DNA from: an uncultured virus (IMG/VR IMGVR_UViG_3300046169_000098)
Taxonomy: Duplodnaviria > Heunggongvirae > Uroviricota > Caudoviricetes
IMG/VR virus record: IMGVR_UViG_3300046169_000098
DNA length: 20,000 nucleotides
Reading direction: 5' to 3' (one strand)
The notes under the pieces are model-generated. The model was not told where the DNA came from. It made no database searches and saw nothing but the letters and a program-made list of their open reading frames with translations. Positions within the stretch are counted from its first letter, which is position 1. Each line of letters starts with the position of its first letter. Shown one piece after another: positions 15,613 through 20,000 of the stretch. The position numbers and the translations under genes are program-made.

Positions 15613-18600
15613 TTAGTGTCCATGTCCGATGTTGTTAAAGAATTCTTTCATCATATAATATGCAGGTTCAACTGGTTCGCCATTAGCCACTCTATCTTTA
15701 ATATTCTTAGATACTTCTAAGGCATACATTGCTCCTTGCATAAAGAACATATTGTATCCAGTTAAGTCGTTATAGAATCTTTGATACATTGCATAACCTA
15801 CTTTACCGAGAGCTTTTTCACCCTTCTTATCATATGCATATAATTCAGCTCTATTCTTGTTCTCTAATGAAGCTAACCATAAAACCATGTAGTTGTGTTC
15901 AGCATCATAGACTGGCTCCATAAAACCACCTTTAACGATTTCTTTTAGAGTAGTCCTTACCCATTTTGGATATTTAGGTTTGCCATTCTCTTTAGTCCAC
16001 TTGTCATATTCATAACTAGACCAGTAACCTTCATTTACTTTACTTTCAAATGCTAAATAAGCATCTACCATATCAGCACCGCTTGCACCACGATGTCTCA
16101 ATATATCAGGTTTTACTGCATGTTTCAAATCTTGTACTATATCTTGATAAGGTACTGTTCTACCTTTACTGTCTTTGAAATTACCATTACCTAATGCCGT
16201 CCAAGCAAGTTTACCATAACTAATCTTTTCTCCTTTCTTCATAGCTTCAAGTCTTGTTCTAAGATTAACTCTAAAATTTCTTGCTCTTTGAGAGTAGTCT
16301 TCATTAAGTACTCTAATATACTTAAGCTTACGCTTACTAGATTCAACGAATTTTTCAGGATCATCTTGCATAACATTCTTTTCTAAAAATGCTGCATCGA
16401 CATCAAAAGATTTATCGATTCTCTTAATTAATTTGGCCATGTTAGCTAGAGAAATTCCAGCTTCTTTCATTGCATCTTTTATTTTAATTGCTCCTGAAAC
16501 CACGCGCTTAGCATATCCCATTGGAGAAAATTCAGACGAAACAGATTCTTTTACAATAGTATCATAGTGAACCTCTTCAACATCGCCCATATAGTTTGCA
16601 TAAACATCAATCATCCATTCCTGACCTTCATCATCTTTACCTATCCAATATTGATCTTGACCCTCATTTCCATGATCATCAATAATATCTTCATAATCAA
16701 ACTCTACTTTGTGTTTCTTGCTACCTACTTTAAACTCTAAGTAAGGCCATTTATCTTTAGTGACTTTGATTTTAGCTTCATATAGTGGTTTAACGTACTT
16801 CATTTTATCATGATCGATGAATGCTTCAGTAACTACTGATTCTTCAAGAGTTGAAACAAAGTCAAATAATATTTTACCATTTGTTCTACCTCTTAAATCA
16901 ATTAAAAGTTCTTCAGAAGCTGGACCCATGTTTTCCCAACGTTTATCTGTTTTTTGAATCCTTCCTAATTTAGGTTCTTCTTGAAAAACATAAATCATTT
17001 GTAATTTATCTTCTAATCTAATACCAACAGCATCACCTTCTCTTTTTGAAAAGTAAATGTCACCATTATTTCCTGGTTTAGAAAAATCAGTTGATGTGTG
17101 TTTATCTTTTTCGTTAACCACTGATTCATCAACGCCAACTGTTGCAAGTTTAGTAATATCTTTATATTGATACAAGAAACCAATAATAGGGTATTTGCCA
17201 CCATCAGTAACTTTATAGCCTACAGCTTTCTTATTAGTCTTAGGAGGATTAGGTATGTTTACTCTTTCCATATCTTTTCCTTTAAATACAAAAGGTGCTA
17301 TAAAACTTTTATTAGGTGCATAGTCAGTTTCAATTACTTCCCATTCACCAAAATTAGTTTTAATTTTATCACCTACTTTAAATTCATCAGTGATATACTT
17401 CTCAGCTTCATTAAGTGGTTTAACGTACTTCATTTGTTTTGACTCTTTTTTCATATCGTCTATTTCTTTTGATTTTTTCATAGCCCAATCGACGCCTTCA
17501 TCTCCGCCCCAAATTAACCAAGAAACATAACCTTTGTCTTTCCATGGAGTTCCTTTTAATTCAGCCTTTATTGAAGAATTCTTTCTGTGTCTATTGAACG
17601 ATGCCATTCTTTTTACAGTGTCAGCTGAGATCTTTTCACCCTTTGCTAATTGATTTGCACGAGTCCAGCCAACTGCTGTTCCCGCATCAACTTCATCTCT
17701 TCCGTGCTCGTCTCTCCAATCAAGAGCTTTCTTAGCATTTTTCTTTGCGGCAGCAGGATAGTCGTTGTAAGTATCTTCTTCGTTTAATGTAGATTCACCC
17801 AATAGAGGTGCATTATTTGTTCCACATTTATGACACACGTACATATCATCTCCACCGTCTTGTTTCATCCAAGTCCATGTACAGTTATTACATGTAATTG
17901 TATTAGGAGATTGTCCGTTGAAACTAGAATCATCAGTTTTAAAGGCAACTACTTTATCACTCAATCTAATATCTGATTCTATTCTTTCTTTTAGCCCTTT
18001 ATCATGTCCACCGTCTCTAACTTCTTTAGCAACATCTTTGTCTGCACCGCCCCAAGTTCCTTCACCTTTAGTTAAGAATGCATTTACTCTTGCATATCCC
18101 CACTGTTGTTCAGTTGCACCTGGTCTGTGACCAGTTTTCCATGCGGCCATGCCTCTTCTCATTACGATTCTAATTAAACCAATTGGCACTCCAGTTTCTT
18201 CAGCTTTAGTTTTAAGAGCAGTTTCTATTTTAGCATCGGCTATTTTACTTCTGTCACCTTCAGCCTTTTCTTCATTAACTGTAGATTCAAAGACTACCAT
18301 ATCTTGAACTTCTTCAGCGTTGTATGTTGCCGCAGATTTAATATCTTTTTTAAGCATATCCGCTATAAATGGTACCAGTAATTGATGTGGTTCAGTTCTA
18401 TTGTATTTTCCACCCTTCCAATTATTTTTTATTTTGGTCCAACTCAAATCTCCAACTTTCATGGTCTCACCGTTTTTAGCGAGTTCCATTCTACCTTTAA
18501 GTTCAGCTGTAAAGTTTCTTTTTCTTTGTGAAAAATCTTCAATAATTACTGAAACCATAGACTCGTCCTTTTTATCACCGTATAATTCATGATATTTTTT

Positions 18601-18627
18601 GACATGTTTAGAAGTTTTTAACTTCAC
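15613..18627 (-). CDS. Main fragment of a modular putative internal-head polyprotein (reconstructed gene 15537-19280, ~1245 aa); includes a DUF5824-like module and a CxxC-CxxC Zn-finger module
   Basis: 1004-aa ORF with repeated linkers ESTVNE, ESTLNE, MKYVKPLNE, ESVVNE, ESVVTE, MKYVKPLYE, KYIRVLNE and ESKVNE. The module ALKTKAEETG...RRGMAAWKTGHRPGATEQQWGYARVNAFL is recalled as DUF5824-like. CNNC...CHKC lies at ~17820-17895. Both ends are truncated by inferred +1 insertions. Confidence 0.7.
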   Translation of the reverse strand: MKLKTSKHVKKYHELYGDKKDESMVSVIIEDFSQRKRNFTAELKGRMELAKNGETMKVGDLSWTKIKNNWKGGKYNRTEPHQLLVPFIADMLKKDIKSAATYNAEEVQDMVVFESTVNEEKAEGDRSKIADAKIETALKTKAEETGVPIGLIRIVMRRGMAAWKTGHRPGATEQQWGYARVNAFLTKGEGTWGGADKDVAKEVRDGGHDKGLKERIESDIRLSDKVVAFKTDDSSFNGQSPNTITCNNCTWTWMKQDGGDDMYVCHKCGTNNAPLLGESTLNEEDTYNDYPAAAKKNAKKALDWRDEHGRDEVDAGTAVGWTRANQLAKGEKISADTVKRMASFNRHRKNSSIKAELKGTPWKDKGYVSWLIWGGDEGVDWAMKKSKEIDDMKKESKQMKYVKPLNEAEKYITDEFKVGDKIKTNFGEWEVIETDYAPNKSFIAPFVFKGKDMERVNIPNPPKTNKKAVGYKVTDGGKYPIIGFLYQYKDITKLATVGVDESVVNEKDKHTSTDFSKPGNNGDIYFSKREGDAVGIRLEDKLQMIYVFQEEPKLGRIQKTDKRWENMGPASEELLIDLRGRTNGKILFDFVSTLEESVVTEAFIDHDKMKYVKPLYEAKIKVTKDKWPYLEFKVGSKKHKVEFDYEDIIDDHGNEGQDQYWIGKDDEGQEWMIDVYANYMGDVEEVHYDTIVKESVSSEFSPMGYAKRVVSGAIKIKDAMKEAGISLANMAKLIKRIDKSFDVDAAFLEKNVMQDDPEKFVESSKRKLKYIRVLNEDYSQRARNFRVNLRTRLEAMKKGEKISYGKLAWTALGNGNFKDSKGRTVPYQDIVQDLKHAVKPDILRHRGASGADMVDAYLAFESKVNEGYWSSYEYDKWTKENGKPKYPKWVRTTLKEIVKGGFMEPVYDAEHNYMVLWLASLENKNRAELYAYDKKGEKALGKVGYAMYQRFYNDLTGYNMFFMQGAMYALEVSKNIKDRVANGEPVEPAYYMMKEFFNNIGHGH
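16774..17435. repeat. Direct repeat pair (32 bp, 2 mismatches; 22-bp perfect core) at 16774-16805 and 17404-17435
   Basis: agcttcat(at/ta)agtggtttaacgtacttcattt. The copies are exactly 630 bp (210 codons) apart and in frame, encoding MKYVKPL(Y/N)EA. Confidence 0.9.
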
Positions 18628-18752
18628 CTTTCTCTTTGGCCTTCTTTATCACCTGGTAATTCTTTATAAGCATCCGGATCGTCATCATCCATTTCAGCTT
18701 GCTTTTTCATTTTATCTTCCTTTTTTCTCTTCCTCATCGTCATCTAAGCCTC

Positions 18753-19280
18753 TCATATATGGATCTGGTCCCTGGCTTTTGCATCTGCTTCAGCTACTGC
18801 AAATTTACTGTCATTGTAAAGAGCTTCTAACCATTCTAAAAATTCTGGTGTTTTCTTCATTACCTTTTTATGGCCGTACTCTTTGAAGAATTCTTTTTGA
18901 AAAGAATCAAAGTTTTTATGGTTATTAATCATCTGGTGTATATCAGACATAACGCCTTCTAATATTGTAATTGGTCTATTTTCCATTTCTTCTATATCTA
19001 TGTCTTTGGTTGTTTTTTCTTTTTTCTTAGCAGTGTCTATTTTAGCTTTAAGTATTTCAGCCTGCTTTTGCAACATTAATTTTTCAGCTTCGCTTTCAGA
19101 TTGTCTAAGTTGTATCTTTGCCAATGAAGCTTGCATTTTTCCAGAAGGTTCTTCAGAATCTGCCATTTCTTTGGCTTTACTAATAGCATCCTCTTTTTTA
19201 GAAACCAGTTTACCAATCTTTTTATTGATGTCCTTAATTTTGCTTTTTACGCTAGGCGCCTTTTCATTAATGTATTTCAT
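18753..19280 (-). CDS. N-terminal fragment of the modular polyprotein (start revised to MKYINEK at 19280)
   Basis: The ATG at 19280 sits 1 nt after the upstream TAA and gives a short leader, MKYINE. A coiled-coil module and a second module (GVMSDIHQM...EWLEALY) follow. The frame is lost in homopolymer runs at 18615-18780. Confidence 0.65.
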   Translation of the reverse strand: MKYINEKAPSVKSKIKDINKKIGKLVSKKEDAISKAKEMADSEEPSGKMQASLAKIQLRQSESEAEKLMLQKQAEILKAKIDTAKKKEKTTKDIDIEEMENRPITILEGVMSDIHQMINNHKNFDSFQKEFFKEYGHKKVMKKTPEFLEWLEALYNDSKFAVAEADAKARDQIHI

Positions 19281-19281
19281 A

Positions 19282-19980
19282 TTAAAATTTCGGTATACCA
19301 CCTATTTTTGCAGCGCGTTTTCTCCAAAGATCTAACACTTCTTCTTTTTCTTGTTTACTAATTACGTCACCTTCTATTTGAGTGTCTAAGTATCTGTTAA
19401 CTGCATCACTCATTGGCTCTTTTCTTTTTTTAGCCTCATATCTAAGTCCCTGTAAATTAGCATCTACTTCTTTAGGTAACATTAAATAATGAAAGTATGG
19501 TAGAAGACCTAATTTAATTAGATTTCTTATTTCGCTATCATCTTCAATAGGTTTGCCAGCTCTATAATTACCAGTGTCTACGCCATCCTGTGTTATGTGT
19601 TCCATTTCATGTCTAATAACATCTGCTAAATGAAAATATACAGTAGACCATTCTCCTGGAATCCAATCAGGATTTATACCAAAATCTATTAGAATATATG
19701 GAGTTTGATAATCACCATCATCGTCTTCATCTCTACCATCTGCACCAGTTGAAGGTAAAACTTCAAAGCCTTTAAATTTCTTATCGATATGAATAGTTGC
19801 ATCAAAGTCAAATTCTAAACCTCGTTCTTCGATTTGGTCCATATAATTGATAACTGCTTTGCCACCTTTATATGTGTTTACCCATTTCCTAAACGTTAAT
19901 TTAGTCAGTTTTGAGGCAAGACCATCATACTTAGATCTACCTTCATTCACAAAACTTTCGTATGCCTTAATGTGTTTCAT
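19282..19980 (-). CDS. Putative virion-packaged zincin-like metallopeptidase (HExxH) with capsid-targeting-like leader
   Basis: Starts MKHIKAYESFVNE; contains VIRHEMEHITQ (HExxH) and a downstream YLMLPKEVDA with a candidate third Zn ligand Glu. Confidence 0.65.
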   Translation of the reverse strand: MKHIKAYESFVNEGRSKYDGLASKLTKLTFRKWVNTYKGGKAVINYMDQIEERGLEFDFDATIHIDKKFKGFEVLPSTGADGRDEDDDGDYQTPYILIDFGINPDWIPGEWSTVYFHLADVIRHEMEHITQDGVDTGNYRAGKPIEDDSEIRNLIKLGLLPYFHYLMLPKEVDANLQGLRYEAKKRKEPMSDAVNRYLDTQIEGDVISKQEKEEVLDLWRKRAAKIGGIPKF

Positions 19981-19983
19981 ACT

Positions 19984-19992
19984 TTATATATC
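19984..19992 (-). promoter_or_regulatory. Putative late promoter GATATATAA, 3 nt before the ATG at 19980
   Basis: Minus strand reads TTTTTT-GATATATAA-AGT-ATG. Confidence 0.55.
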
Positions 19993-20000
19993 AAAAAAAG

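Noticed and set aside
13739..17204. Nested minus-strand ORFs 13739-13951 and 17013-17204
   Set aside because: They lie out of frame inside the helicase and polyprotein genes and show no start context or motif.
16030..18290. CRISPR array or DGR template/variable repeats suggested by the recurring linker DNA
   Set aside because: The repeats are in-frame coding, degenerate and hundreds of bp apart at irregular spacing. There is no adenine-specific mismatch pattern and no cas or reverse transcriptase gene in the window.
205..19361. Plus-strand track ORFs (205-462, 3948-4136, 6215-6454, 8073-8288, 11289-11480, 13053-13244, 17167-17442, 17918-18130, 18401-18592, 18599-18886, 19000-19335, 19131-19361)
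   Set aside because: All are short antisense shadows of well-supported minus-strand genes, with Phe/Leu/Ser-rich composition typical of reverse-complemented coding DNA.

Overview
An AT-rich, gene-dense segment with every plausible gene on the minus strand, most consistent with a large (jumbo/huge) myophage-like genome. A Bacteroidota host is inferred from A-rich leaders lacking Shine-Dalgarno motifs and an S1-like protein resembling Bacteroidota bS1. In transcription order (right to left) there are four blocks. (1) 14619-19980: putative internal-head proteins with T4-like capsid-targeting N-termini (MKHIKAYESFVNE, MKYLKLFEQFVNE, MKYINE), including a HExxH protein and a ~1245-aa modular polyprotein whose domains are separated by ES-x-(V/L)-(N/T)-E and MKYVKPL(N/Y)E linkers; the block ends in an intrinsic terminator. 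(2) 9224-14546: dCMP deaminase, a DinG/Rad3-like Fe-S helicase, a 2OG-Fe(II) oxygenase-like protein and small hypotheticals. (3) 391-9148: a contractile-tail baseplate module (tube-like proteins, gp53/LysM-like wedge, hub-like protein, gp5/gpV-like spike). (4) 1-344: the 5' part of a probable phage-encoded ribosomal protein S1, missing from the ORF track. A (G/A)ATATATA(A) motif precedes the head-cargo block, baseplate genes and the S1-like gene and is a candidate late promoter. Three long genes are broken by about 11 inferred single-base insertions, most likely sequencing/assembly errors. All functional calls come from motif recognition by eye; no database search was run.
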